Source: Podarcis pityusensis (taxonomy: Eukaryota). Taken from it: DNA of 64,000 bases. Under the pieces are notes generated by a model, which was not told the DNA's origin, made no database searches, and saw only the letters and a program-made list of their open reading frames with translations. How positions within the stretch are numbered: position 1 is the stretch's first letter; the number at the start of each line of letters is the position of its first letter. The DNA is taken from the NCBI GenBank assembly GCA_964106645.2, contig OZ067043.1; one strand, 5' to 3'. The position numbers were made by a program, and so were the translations under genes. This document shows positions 1 through 13,210 of the stretch, one piece after another.

Positions 1-211
1 TACAACCGGCACCTGGCGCGGCTGCAGCACAACCTGCGCGAGACGAAGAAGTTCTTCCGCGACATCAAGTACTCCCAGGGCCCCGGCGCTGCCTCTGCTG
101 CCGCCGCCGCCGCTACCCCTGGGCCGGCCGGGGAGGAGCCGCGGCCTCAGCAGGAGCAGCCCTCCCCCGATGTCTGTGCCCCGGTTGGTGAGGGTCCCTC
201 GCTGCAGGCCG
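1..211 (+). CDS. DSTYK: DSTYK coding exon 1 (5' part, including ATG, lies upstream of the window)
   Basis: Frame 1 reads YNRHLARLQHNLRETKKFFRDIKYSQ...GPSLQA, matching the DSTYK N-terminus; GC/CpG rich; donor G|GTAAGG at 212, phase 1. Confidence 0.93.
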
Positions 212-608
212 GTAAGGAGCTCGGGAGAGGAGTGGGGGGGGGGGGCATATCGGGGGAAACGGGTGGGGAGGGAGGAGGAGCTTCCGCATTTTATGTTGGG
301 TCTCTGCCAACATAAGGTAGAGGGATATTCCTCTACCTTTAAAAAAAATGCATCAAGGGAAACTCCAACCGGTGTGGCTTCTTCCATCACTGAAGCGGTG
401 TGGGAATGGCACTCAGTGGGTGGAATTCCCCCCTCTTGGGCAGCCCTTGCAGTCTGCTCTTGTGCATCTGTATTCCCAAGTAACTCTAATTGAGTTCGCC
501 AAGGTGCTAGAGCTGCAGAGTTGGGAGAAAGCTCCGTTAAATAGGACTTGCTTTGGAGTACACATGGTTAGGACTGTACTGTTGTTGCTCTCCCTATCCC
601 CCCAGGTA

Positions 609-830
609 AGGCCACATCCGCCCCATACAGCTAAAGCACATTTATACCACTTTAGCTATCATGGCTCTCCTCCTACCCCCCAAAAAAGAATACTGGAAAT
701 TGTAATATACCCCTCACAGAACTACCATTTTCTCAAAGAACCCTTAACAAACCACTGTTCTCAGGATCACTTAATGGGGGGGGGGGACAGTTAAAGTGGT
801 ATAAGACTGCTTAAAATGTATGGTGTGGAT
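609..830. mobile_element. Degenerate palindromic MITE-like repeat
   Basis: Imperfect long inverted ends: ATCCGCCCCATACA...TTATACCACTTTA versus TAAAGTGGTATAA...TGTATGGTGTGGAT. Confidence 0.65.
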
Positions 831-867
831 TAACAGAAGATTGACAGCAGGGAGAGGCCTGCTGGGG

Positions 868-965
868 CAGAGCTGGAGAACTGTGGCTGCCCAGATGTTG
901 CTGGACTGCAAGTCCTATAATCTGTGACCACACGCTATGCTCATGGTTCTGTATCTGGCATCCAT
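868..965 (+). mobile_element. Partial copy of the short hAT-type MITE family
   Basis: CAGAGCTGGAGAACTGTGGCTGCCCAGATGTTGCTGGACTGCAA resembles the left ends of copies at 10518, 44744 and 47443. Confidence 0.55.
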
Positions 966-2185
966 GTCTGTGGGTGACTGCAAGGTATGTGGAGGGGATC
1001 CTGGCTTTTCCAGAGGGAGTGGGAAAAGGCAATTGAGAGGCCTTTAGGTAGCCAAGATGAAGAGGGAGGTAGCCGAGAAAAAAGGTGATTATCCAGGAGT
1101 AATTATAGGAATCCTTGAAGGTTGAAGGAACTAGTGGTTGACAGGTGGCTGCTGTTTGAAGCTGCCCAGAACCCAAGAAGAATTCTGCTATGCACAAACA
1201 AATGACATTGGCTGCCCTTTAAGTGTTTGGCATGCTGGCTTTGAATAAGAATTTGGTATGGCACTGTTGCCACCCCCTTATATACCTTTTGGATCGAAGA
1301 TTACCATCAGTGACTGCTTTAAGTGCTCACTTGTGTTAGACTCTGCCTATACTCTACCAAAATGTAAGAATTTTATGTATGGTAAACTACAAACTAATAT
1401 AGTCCCCCCACCAAACAAACCCCAGGATGGATAGCAGAGAGAAGTTGCTTCTGAGACAGGTTTATTGGAGCATGAGTCATTGTGGTCAGCAGCATCCTGT
1501 ACATCTAAGCATTAACTTGATGTTTATTATTAGTATTTTAATTTCTCAGTATGCATGCTTGTGTAGCTTGTTGCCCCACCTTCTCCACTGTACTCTGAAA
1601 TACTGTGATTCTGGTCTCTGTTGGTGAATGAGAAGAAATGCTCCTTGAGATGGAAGGAAACAAATGTTCTGAGGTTGGACTGCATTGAAATATACTGAAT
1701 GAAATAGCAGTGAACTAGAAATGGCATAGATGTGATTGGACGGAATGATCTGGATGGACACAAGAGGTTTGTAAAAGAGTAACGGAATCAAAACTGGTTC
1801 TGAGAATGAATAAAGGAAGACAAAAATTAGAATGAGGATCTGAATAGATGTGTGATTGGAATGCATGACCTGCCTCTTCAGGAAACATGTGGCTCGCTAC
1901 ACAGGCTGTTGGCCCTGAACTTGTAATAAATCTGCACCTAGTTGAAATGTGATTCTTCTTATAGAGACATTGTTTTTAAATGTTTGTCAAAACAATCAGA
2001 TGCTTTCCGATTTCTGATTCTGCCCTACAGCTTTAACTTTCTAGGTACATTTCCCCACTCTTTCATTGGGAAGTTTTGTACAAAGTGCTTTTTTAAAATA
2101 TTAGATCAGAAGGAGTTGGCAGAAGCTTTAAGTTGCAGTCCTATTTACACTTGTGTGTAAACCAGCTGTTGATGTGCCAATTAAA

Positions 2186-2339
2186 TAGGGTTGCAAAGAA
2201 ATTAGACATTTTTGAGCTTTTTCTGAGGAAAATCAGCAAAGACGACACTGACATTGACTGCCATACGTCTAGATTTTCCCGCGCAGACACTGGTTGGAGC
2301 TACAGTATTCTGGATATGTCCGGATGTATGGCAACCCTT
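2186..2339. mobile_element. hAT-type MITE with TAGGGTTGC TIRs (short copy)
   Basis: TAGGGTTGC...TATGGCAACCCT ends; interior similar to 57792-58054. Confidence 0.7.
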
Positions 2340-2703
2340 AAAAAAAACTTGTTTCTTTTGTGTATGTCTTTGGATATATTATAGTTGGCAAGTTTTGACT
2401 GATACTGATAGAATACCTGAAATGTTTTATTTACAAAGATAAATAATACAAGGATACATATTAATGGAAATGTGTCTACTTATGCCTTGGTTCCTTCTGG
2501 TTTTGCAGTTGTTAAGAAGCATTAGGGCTGTTTTATACTTCCGGATTTCTACCAAGCTATGGTTTCTGGGCACCGGCAATTATGCAGCAGAATAGCATGA
2601 ATCAGAACTGCACTGTGATACATGATGGCAATTGTTTCTGTTATTGAAACACTTTTATTTTTGGAGCAACTGTAATCAAACCCTCAGATATATGCAAGTT
2701 CAC

Positions 2704-3990
2704 ACGTCTAGTCCAGCCCCATGCAATGTAGGAACCACAACTGAAGCATCCATGACAGATGGCCATCCAGCATCTGTTTAAAAACCTTCCTCTGATCCAC
2801 TGTCTAACAGCTCTTACTGTCATGAGGTTCTTTCAGATGTTTAGTCAGAATCTCCTTTCTTGTAACTTGAAATTGAATTGAAATTGGTTCAGGTCTTACT
2901 CTCTGGAGCAGCAGAAAACAAGTTTGCTCCAACTTCCATATGACAGTCCTCTGGATAGCTGAAGATGGCTGGTATATCACCCCTCAGCCTTTTCTTCTCC
3001 AGGCTAAACATATCCAACTCCCTCAACTGTTACTCATAAGTCTTGGTTTCCAGACATTTTATCTCCTTGGTTGCTCTCCTCTGCACACCAGAACTGGACA
3101 CAGTACTGGTCTGACAAAGACAGAAGAGTGACACTATTAGTTTCCTTGATCTGGACACTATACTTCTGTTGATGCAGTCTATAATAGCACCCCCCCCCCT
3201 TTCTTGGGTGCTGCTGCATCACACTGCTGACTCACGTTAAGCTTGTGGTCTACTAAGACCCCTAGATCCTTTTCACATGTACTACTGGCAAACCAGGTGT
3301 TCCCCATCTTATTTTTGTGCAGCTAGTTCTTCCTGCCTAAGTATTGTCCTTCATATTGAACTTCAAGGTAATATAGAATTCTGATTCCATCTTCTGAGGT
3401 ATTAGCTACCCCTCCTAGTCTGTTGTCGTCTGCATGTTTGCTTAGCATCCTATCTGTTCCTTCATCCAAGTCATTTATAAAGATGTTGAATAACACTGAA
3501 CCCAGGACAGAACCCTGTGGCATCCCACTTGTCACTTTTCTACAGGATGATGAGAAACCACTGGTGAGCACTCTTTGGGTTCGGTCAGTCAATCAGCTAC
3601 AAATTCCCCTAACAGTAACATCATCTAGCCCACAGTTTACCAGCTTCTCCACACGACTATCATGGGGGACTTTGTCAAAAGCCTTAATGAAAGCAAGATA
3701 TGCTCCATCCACAGTATTCCTCTGATACACCAAGCTTGTAACTCTATAAAAAAAGAAAAGAAAAGAAATAAGATTTGTGTGGCATGACTTCTTTTTCAGA
3801 AACCTATGCTGGCTCTTAGTAATCACAGTATGCTTTTCTAAGTACTACTCAAAGAGTGGCTGTTTAATTACTATTTGTTCTAATACCTTTCCTGGTATTG
3901 ATGACCGCTTGGTAGTTGCATGGGTCCTCTTCCTCCCACCTGCCTTTTTAAAGATGTAGAAAACATTTGCCTGCCTCCAATTGGCAAAAA
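2704..3990 (-). mobile_element. CR1 LINE, 5'-truncated, decayed reverse transcriptase and 3' region
   Basis: Minus-strand frames give [55 protein letters not shown] (degenerate FADD) with stops/frameshifts; CR1-type 3' sequence near 2705-2790. Confidence 0.92.
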
Positions 3991-5102
3991 CTCCAGTATC
4001 GCAGTTAGCATACGTTCAGTGTTCTAATGAATGCATGAAACGGACAATATTCTGTGGAAAAATAAAGCACAAGAAAAATTCCTGCCTCATAAACTTCAGC
4101 ACTTTCTGAACAAAACAGGAACAAGGCATGGGCTTAAGACACTCCCTCCTTGCCATTTTGTGTTTTGAGATGGTGATTTATATAGGATATGGACAAACAG
4201 TACTTATCTGATTCTGTTGTAACCAGAGACCTTGGAAGATAATTGCTGTGGGATTTTTTGGGGGGTGGGGGAACACATAAGCCCAAAGGTTGTTTCTTTA
4301 GTGGATTGTCTGAACCAAGTTACAGAGGATGGCTTCATAGAATACATTTCTTCTTACTTGACTTGGGTGAGAAAACATATACATAACTCTGCATAAAAAT
4401 TATTCACATGATTGGAAACTAAGTCATGTGTTCATGTTACAAGATAGGCAAATGATAGTTTCACACATTATTTACGTGGTGCCGGTAAATCTTATCAGGG
4501 AGCTGTTCTTATGGTATTTGATTTGGAAAACCAGGCGCAGCATTTGGGTGATTCATAACATGAAAAGGAACAGGTTTGCAATGTTTAATTATCAGTGTGA
4601 TTAATCTTTAAACATAGCCCCAGAGTAAATGGTGGAGCAGATGAACAATGACTTGATTTGGGATACTTATAGAAACTGCTGCCATGTAGGATGCATAGAT
4701 AAAAAATATTTTTACATAATTTGTTTTCAGTTATTACAACTATTGGTTCTTGCTTTAGGAAGAAAGGACAAGAAGGCTTAGCTGGATCTTCACCAATCCA
4801 GGCTGGTCTCTACGGAGCTTTCACTGGGTTTTCAACTAAATAAACACTAATAACAAACAAACAGCATAGATTTCATGTTTAGTTATTTTTACAACTCGTC
4901 TCAATGTATTATTATAAGGAAATGTCATACTCAGATGGCACTGATTTCTAAAAGAAACATCATCTTTGGTTAGACTGTAAATTTTGTTTTCTTACGTTTT
5001 CTCAAAATGCACTAAGGCCTCCTTCAGTGAGGTTCTACAAATGTAAATAGAGTAAAATCTTATCAGTTGGTTAAATCTAAATAATCAGCTAAAAAGCAAT
5101 TA

Positions 5103-5361
5103 CCATATTTTTCGCTCTATAAGACGCACCAGACCACAAGACGCACCTAGTTTTTGGAGGAGGAAAACAAGAAAAAAAATATTCTGAATCTCAGAAGCCA
5201 GAACAGCAAGAGGGATCTCTGCACAGGGAAAGCAGCAATCCCTCTTGCTGTTCTGGCTTCTGGGATAGCTGTGCAGCCTGCATTCGCTCCATAAGACGCA
5301 CACACATTTCCCCTTACTTTTTAGGCGGGAAAAAGTGAGTCTTATAGAGCAAAAAATACAG
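5103..5361. mobile_element. Tc1/mariner (pogo/Tigger-like) MITE
   Basis: TA on both sides; ~27-bp TIRs CCATATTTTTCGCTCTATAAGACGCAC / GTGAGTCTTATAGAGCAAAAAATACAG; internal 25-bp perfect inverted repeat. Confidence 0.88.
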
Positions 5362-8300
5362 TACTTGCTTTATTGTCTTATAAATTAAACATTAAATCAA
5401 GATACATTCAGGCAATGCAATGCAAAAATCTAGATGCTGGGTTTAAAAAGGAGTAAAGTAATAAAATTAAGTGAAGTTTCTAAAACAGAGATGCTTTGGG
5501 ACAAAGGAAACCTCTGGGCAAGGATTCAAAAGTAGAAAATTAAGCCCCAAACCAATAATAGTAATTGGGAGCTCTTGAAGCTCAAAACCAGTTCAGTATA
5601 TTAGAATCCACTCAAAACTGGTAACAATGATCAAATAGAATTCTTCTCATGCTTGAACATCCCTGCTAGTAGAATATCTATATATGATAAGTGTGTGCTG
5701 AAATTCTTTTCTTTCATATGACATATGGATGGAGTTAGTAGTGGTGCAAAGACCGTGGTGTCTAGTCTGATAGTGGTATAGGGAGCATACTATGACAATA
5801 TCCTGGATTGTGAATTAGCATGCACATGCTCTGCTGGGTCTTGATTAACAAAGTCCCAAAGTTCTCGAAATGCAGTCCTTTCTGTGGCTTTATGCATTTT
5901 GTTTGTAAGCCACCTTATCCCAAAAGGTCAGGGCTGTTTGTAAGCCATCCTCTCTTAAGGTCAGTGCTAGCAACAAACAAACAAAATCCCATAACCACCA
6001 TACCTGCTGTCTTCAGTGGCCTGTTGAATGCTTGCAGGGCTAGCCTACAGCTTTGGTTCTAGATACACCCCATTTTCCCCTATTTGACTTCTAATCTTGG
6101 CAAAGTTTAATGATCCACACCCTTGGTACAGTGAAATTCTATGGTGAAGAAAACAAGGTTGTGCCGAAAGTTCTTATTCAAGTGGAAACTTACGTAAGTG
6201 TTGTGAGTAGAAATAGTATGTGAAGTTGTAATATATTAATAGTAACGTATTTCAATAATGCTCAAGTTTGAATATCACACTAGTGAAGGTTTTCTTTTCC
6301 CTGAATAAACGTATTCTCATCAACTGAGCCTTAACCCTAGATTAGGATTCCTGGGAGCTGATGTAATGTGCAAACCTAATTGAGAACCCACACGTTTTCC
6401 TCTGGGATTTGTTGTGATTTTCGTTTACCCCTTTCAATTCTCATGTAGAGTTCCCCCGCCCACAAAAAGCTCCCTCTAGCTTTCTTGAAAAGGTGTTTCA
6501 GTTTTTTGTTCTAAACTCTTTGCTGTCATCTCTTCTCAAGTTTGTAACCTTCCTCTGATTTCAACAGCTTTTTCCTATAGTCTTTGCATAATGAGGGCAG
6601 GGACACGACTTGAACCTTGCTATCCATGTTATCTAACAATCCATTGCTAGATGTGTGAACCATTAAGGCACCACCCCATTCTCTGCATATTTGGTTATAC
6701 TTGTGCAAGTGTCTTAGTACTGGCCAAGTTGATTCTTGATGGATATATTGGTGAATCATTAAAGGGACCTGTGAAGTTGCACTGTTGAGCTAGAGACACT
6801 TTATATGATCACATTTGACAAGCAATTGTAACAATGAAGAAACTTGCACTTTGGTTTTTTTTCAGCAGAGGAGTAAAAACACCCACCCTTGTCTCAAAAC
6901 AAGAAGCAGTTGCTATTGTTGGCCATCCTGAAAGAGGAATTAACCTTACACTAGTCTTGACTCTGCCTTCCTTGAGAGAGCATGTTTAATCTTTGACATC
7001 TGTGTTGCACTCCTGTGGGGGGTAGGGGTGGTCCGTGTCACCATTAAGAAAAAGAGGTAGAAATAAGCCAATATATATGTGGACTGTTTCTGGATAAAGT
7101 GACTTTTCTTTAAATTTTCAGAGTTGTTAACCTAGTTCAAAGTTTTCATATGAATTAGCCAGATGTCCAACTGAAAATCAATCACAGTCCATCATTTGAA
7201 AAGCAAGACTTTGGAGCCACCTTGCCCCAAAATGGCAATTGACATTCTGTTTTGGTGACTGAAACATAGGTTTAAGGAGCCATTTGGCACCTAGCTTATA
7301 TATCTGCGCTTCTAACACTGGTCAAGAGGAAGCAGTGGGCAGCTGGCATTTTCTCTGACTCACTGTGGACTTAGTGAGGCAGGGTCAGTTGTGCACCTTG
7401 TGCTTGGGGCAGAAGTGATGCATATGTCCTGATTGGCACTGCATGACACAGTGGAGAGCAGCGTAGTACCTTGGACTCAGTTGACTGTAAAATGGGGTGA
7501 AGACCAAATACAGAGACCTCTCTCCCCCACCCCCATTTGCTCAGTGGTGGTATGACTGCACGGTGGTATGAGAAACTGCTCGACCTCTACCTAAATGACC
7601 TCTTGGTCATGACAGCAATTGCTGTTTGTCTCAGGAAGCATTTGTATATGATCAGACATACAAAGAGCCCCCTCAGACCCACACAGCACATTCAGCCTTT
7701 TGATAATCACCAAGATGTGGCAAGATAGCTTCCATCAAGGAAGCAGGATACCCAATGCCTGGCTCGCACTCAGAGAGCGCAAGTCTCTTCTCCAAGTTTC
7801 TAGGTGGAGCTGGCTCACATTCAGGACCCACGATCCCACTTCATGGATCCATTATCACTACATTAGATTTTAACTTCAGAAATATTCTAACTAGGCCCCT
7901 TCAGTGGCAGCTTTTTCCTTATCAGATCTTATTTCCAAAGTGCTCTATCTTATGTGAATGTGCTCTACTTGTTGTAACGTGATGTAAACTTCCTCTGTGC
8001 TGCTCATATAGTTATTTTGAGATCAGTTACCTAGTTTCTTCTTGGGAAAAGCAGACTCTTTGCACACTTCTGAAGTGCTGATCACATGTTTTCTCAACTG
8101 ATGCAAAATGGTTCCTTCAACTAATCCTTTTAGTGTAAGAATTCTTCTTTGTTGCCAGCTGGGCACAACAAAAAGTCATTTTCTTAACTGCTGAATTGAG
8201 GCTAGTTCTTCAGTTGAGTAACTTTGGAGTTATTCAGCCTGTTAGTATGTTAGCAATGGATATGAAAATATTAATATAAGTTTTAATCACTATTCTCTTT

Positions 8301-10517
8301 CTGTGCTGTTGATCTTTAGCAGAGACGCCCACAGGATTTCCTGGGCCCAGAACATTGTATGTGGATTGCCTCTCCCACCCCCATCCCACAATGTATTGTC
8401 AAGAACTGATGTTTTTGCACATGCATTTACTATTAAAATCTGTTTTAAAATAAATTACAGTTATTGGAATAGGGTGGATACTATTGCAAAGATAAAAGTG
8501 GGAGAGCAGGGAGGATAATACACGTAATCTTGAGTGAGAAAGCAAGATACAAATATATAATGTCACTCACAGCAGCACCACCGGACCCTTCCCCCCTGCC
8601 CCTGGCAACAGACTAACATGGCTGCCCCTCTGGAAATGGATACTTAACAGGCAGTTAAAATATTCATGAAGGATATTAATTAGTGGCAGTCAACCATCTG
8701 TCTAGAGACTTATTCATTGGCAGCATCAGGACTATACATGCAGTCAACAAAAATATACTTGCTGTGTAGTCAGACTGGATTACATGTTGCAGCATAGAGG
8801 GTTTCTTGCTGCAATGCAGCTTCTGTTTGTCCAGGCATTTTCAGCCAATATCCTTGAACCTATTCTGTGACCCTGAAGATAGAATTCTGACTAGGGTTGA
8901 GCTGGGCATTTGACTTGAGCAAACATTGGTCAAATAATGGTCCAGTATTTTATATTTTTATTATAAAAATATTCCAATAGTCAGTGGTTCGATATGCATG
9001 TTGAGTGCAAAACCAAATTGTTTTACAATAATGATTAATGAGTGGAAGTACTACTTAAAAATTGTTGCAGGTAAGGTTTTTTATAAATATAAACAAGTCA
9101 CTGAATAGTAGTTTGGCTTTATTCCTGGAAAGTTAGGGTCAGCCTACAGTTAATACACTTTTAAAAAGAGAGAGAGGGAGAGAAAAAATAAAAAATAAAC
9201 CAAGTAACTTGTACATCCAGAAGTCAATGTTAAGTAGGCAGCAGGCCAATTGTTCATTTCCTTTGCGTCACCTTCAACCGGTTTTTCACCTCCATCATCA
9301 AATTTCTCGTCTTGTATGTGTCTCACTGTTAGCGAATGGCATAGTAAAAAAAATAATCCGTTTTTTTAAAGAAGTAAGCTTCTACCTACACAGTGGCATT
9401 CTGAACTTGATCGAGCACTTGCGGTATCCTTCAACAGGTGAATAAGCAATCAACTGGCAATATTTGTCTGATCAATTGGCTAGTGTACCCATCCTAGACT
9501 GGGGAAAAGGTAAATGAAGCTATGACCTGTCTAGAAGAAAAAGTTCACATACCAGCTGAATATTCACAGGGTCTAAAGCTATATGTACCGTACTTCATCT
9601 TCATTTTTAATGTTGATTTTTCCAGGTTTTGCAGAAAACGATCTTGCCTTGCTGAGGGTGTGACTGGGGGCCCTGTTGTCTTAAATGATTTTCAGCAGGG
9701 CTCTTTCTGCCACTAAACAATTTTTTCTACTGTACTTCTCTTCCCTTGCATACAAGACACTACTGTGAAGCAGTTTGGCAGTTGACTTGGAACAGAATCG
9801 CTCTATGTTGGCTGGGTGGAATAAAACACACAAGCTGTTCTCTTTTTCTGTTCTCCATAATTTTTGTACCAAATACCTTTTGGAAAATGTTATGCTTAGG
9901 TCAAGAATGTAGTGCAGCATGAGTGAAACCCCCTTTTAAAGGCACTGAACATAAAGTTGCTTTTAATATGGACACCTTTACTGAACCTGTGACAGAGTTA
10001 CTGCCACTTCTATGCCCTGCTGGCTACTTGAAACGAGGATGGGAGATGGGGATGGCAGCTTTTCCTGTTTTCCCTCCTAGCTTTTCTCCCCATACCTACC
10101 TGCCCACCCACCCACCCACCTGCCGTGCCTGAAATGAGAGGGAATTAACCATGCTGGTATAGTTTTGGGACCTGTTGGGGGGGGGGCATCCCAAAGACCC
10201 ATGGACTGCTGGTAGTTCATCAACTGCAGCGGGGCTTTCTTTTGCTACATCAGGGAACTCCAGAGATAGAGTTCTGCAGGCTACTATGGCTGCTCAGCCA
10301 CTCCCAGGGAGCATAGGGTTGCTCCTTAAATTTAAATATTGAAAACACTTTTATCCCATTCTTCAGCTAAAAATACTTCCAGAGCAGCTTTATCAGTTCT
10401 AATGGTAAGACTGACCTTGCCCTTAAACTTAGTCTTAAAGGGCTAATAAAAAGGGCTAATAAAAAAGGAGGGAGAAAGAAGGAAAAAAGCACATTGGGCA
10501 CTATTTATTAGTCAAAT

Positions 10518-10656
10518 CAGGCATGGGGAACCTTTGATGCCACTAGGTGCTGCTCAACAACTATTCCCATCAGCCCTAGCAAACATGCCCAGTAGCCGAG
10601 GATTATGAGAATTATAGTTAAGCAATATTCAGAAAACCCAAGGTTTCCCACACCTG
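10518..10656. mobile_element. Short hAT-type MITE (multi-copy family)
   Basis: TIRs CAGGCATGGGGAACCT / AGGTTTCCCACACCTG; degenerate 8-bp TSD AGTCAAAT/AGTTAAGT; related copies near 868, 22770, 23800, 28060, 44744, 46535, 47443, 57170. Confidence 0.78.
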
Positions 10657-10999
10657 AGTTAAGTGGTCAACAAATAATAGTAGTAAAATATGAGAACTTC
10701 AAGCCTTCTAAAAGGAGCTGCGCTTAAAGGTGTAAGGCTCCAGTCATAAATACCCTTTAAGATGGAAATAAGAGACCACTGGATTTTTAAAATTCTTTTT
10801 GGCATCTTTGAGGAGTATACATAGTACAATGAGACAGTGATATACAAAGGTGAGCTGTTCGTGATGGACAAGTAAACACTGGAATTTATAGGCACCTACT
10901 TGTGTGTCACAAATGGAGATAAGGTCTAGGCAGGTTTTCAGTGATATCTTATTCTACAGTTTTCTGATTATTATAAGGCAGACCACTTGGGTTATTATG

Positions 11000-11332
11000 G
11001 GTAAAAAAAAGGTAAAGGACCCCTGACAGTCAAGTCCAGTTGCGAACGACTCTGGTGTTACGGCACTCATCTCGCTTTATCGGCCGAGGGAGCCGGCGTT
11101 TGTCCACAGACAGTTTTCCAGGTCATGTGGCCAGCATGACTAAGCCGTTTCTGGCGAAACCAGAGCAGCGCACGGAAACGCCATTGACCTTCCCGCCGTG
11201 CTTTCGAACTGCTAGGTTGGCAGGAGCTGGGACCGAGCAACGGGAGCTCACCCCGTCGCGGGGATTCGAACCGCTGACCTTCCAGTTGGCAAGCCCTAGG
11301 CTCAGTGCTTTAGACTACAGAGCCACCCGCGT
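11000..11332 (-). mobile_element. Sauria SINE
   Basis: tRNA-like head with B box (GGATTCGAACC on +), GGTAAA tail units (ACCTTT-type tail on -); reverse-complement similarity to 40860-41231; CpGs retained. Confidence 0.88.
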
Positions 11333-12064
11333 ATGTAGTACTTATTTTAAAAAGCCACCTGTATATATGTAATACAAATAGAAAACCAAATCACTAACCT
11401 ACAATTTACCCTAGTGTTTATGCAAAGAACACAAAATACATCCTCACCCCATGCAGTAATATTGCATATTCAACAATATATGAAAGAAAAAGTGCAGATA
11501 TACATTATCTTGAACATTATATTTCTAATAATCAAGGAAATCATTTCCCCCAAATTATATGTTCCTCCTTTCATCTTTCCGTCTTTCTTTAGTAAGTTTA
11601 GACATACCAGGCCATTGACCATATCTTCCTGACCTTGCACAATAGCCATCATTTTTCATTTAAACCTTGGGTTGATAACTTCATTTCGTGGTACATCATT
11701 GATATGGGATGTATGTGGAATGGATACTTGCTGAACTTCTTCCTGCCATGTTGCAAATTAAAGGCTTCTGATTCTTGGTGACAAACTGCATTGCTTCTTC
11801 TGTCCCTGCTGCCTAAAATGTCATCTGGGCTGGGAATGTGGGAAGAAGGTAAACTTGGTTCCTGGAATGAGTGACCATTGCTCCATATTCAGTCCTCTTT
11901 GGGATACCCTCAGTCTTAGCTGCCCATTCCTGTGCAAAAATATTTTTCAAGTCAGAGTTTGGAATGTCTGATTCTGTACTGACATAGAGCTATAGAATCC
12001 TTTTGAAGCTCCATAGGTCACTTCAGAATATAATTGCTAATAAATTCTTGTTTGCCTTTTTTAG

Positions 12065-12453
12065 GGCAGCTGAGTTCTATTGCCTTTCCCCGGCGTGAAG
12101 AGGAGTATCTCCAGCTGACAGTAAGCTGTCACCCATGCCTTTTAATCTTTGGTCAGAACTGCAATGCCAAATGTCAGTTAGTCAACATGCTTTTGGGTGA
12201 AAGACTGCTACCGACCTCCAAAGTTAGCAGTGAGGAGAACTGTAAGAGGCGTCGAATTCGCTTCACACATGGAAGACAAACACGGATTAGTTTGGCTCTT
12301 CCAGGACAGTATGAATTGGTTCACAACTTGGCAGCTCATCAAGGCAGATGGGAAACGATACCAGAAGAGGACTTAGAAATCCACTGCGATAATGAAGATC
12401 TCGCACACCAGATTGCAGAGCTGGAGGTTACACTGAATCACACTTTATTACAG
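12065..12453 (+). CDS. DSTYK: DSTYK exon 2 (389 nt)
   Basis: Pyrimidine tract + TTAG acceptor; GQLSSIAFP...[11 protein letters not shown]...TLLQ; donor CAG|GTACTG. Confidence 0.97.
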
Positions 12454-13210
12454 GTACTGACGAGTTCCAGTGTGTATGTACTTGCCCTGCCCTGTATAAA
12501 CTTAATGAGAAAGTGAGCGTTGACATGAAGCATTTTAATGAATATTTTGCACCTACGTTTAGTTGAGTAAATTCTACATAAAAACTAGAGGAGTCCTAGA
12601 ACTAGAACAGAGTTTGTCTGCATTCCTAAAGACTTCTGAGGGCGGATACCACATGTTCTGCCTCAACCCAGTGGTTCTTGTTTGAAGTCTGACTGCTGCT
12701 GTGCAAGATTGAGGGGCGGAGGGTGCAGTTTGCAGCAGTGAAGCTTTAACTCTTCCCCTGACTGCTGGTTTTGCCCATACTCATTTGCTTTTCCTGCAGC
12801 TCAGGTGCCGGACCTGTGATTGTATAAACTTGCTTAGATTTCTGCAAAGTATCTGAGGGTGTAGACAGACATGGTAATAAAGCACAGTGCTTACAGTGGC
12901 ACCTTGGGCCGTGTGTTGAACCCAGCTTACTCCTGGCTTTTAATCTGAAATGGCAAGTCATATGTACCTGTGAAATAAGTGCTGATGGTTTATGCTCCTC
13001 TGTCCCCCATCTAGGAGTAGGGAGGGGGGCTCTATTATGTAAAACCTGCTCCAGAGATTGCGGGAGGATTCTTGGTAGCATCAAGTAGGGCCACCCCATG
13101 CACAGCCAGATACCTTGAAGAATGGGCAGACATGCCTAAATAGTTACCCTTGTCTTCACCCAAATTTTTTCTTGAATTGTTGTAATTAGCATTAAAGAGT
13201 CCTCCTAAAA

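Noticed and set aside
10437-10466. Tandem AATAAA in DSTYK intron 1 as an intronic poly(A) site
   Set aside because: Produced by a 13-bp slippage duplication; the downstream sequence is purine-rich rather than GU-rich.
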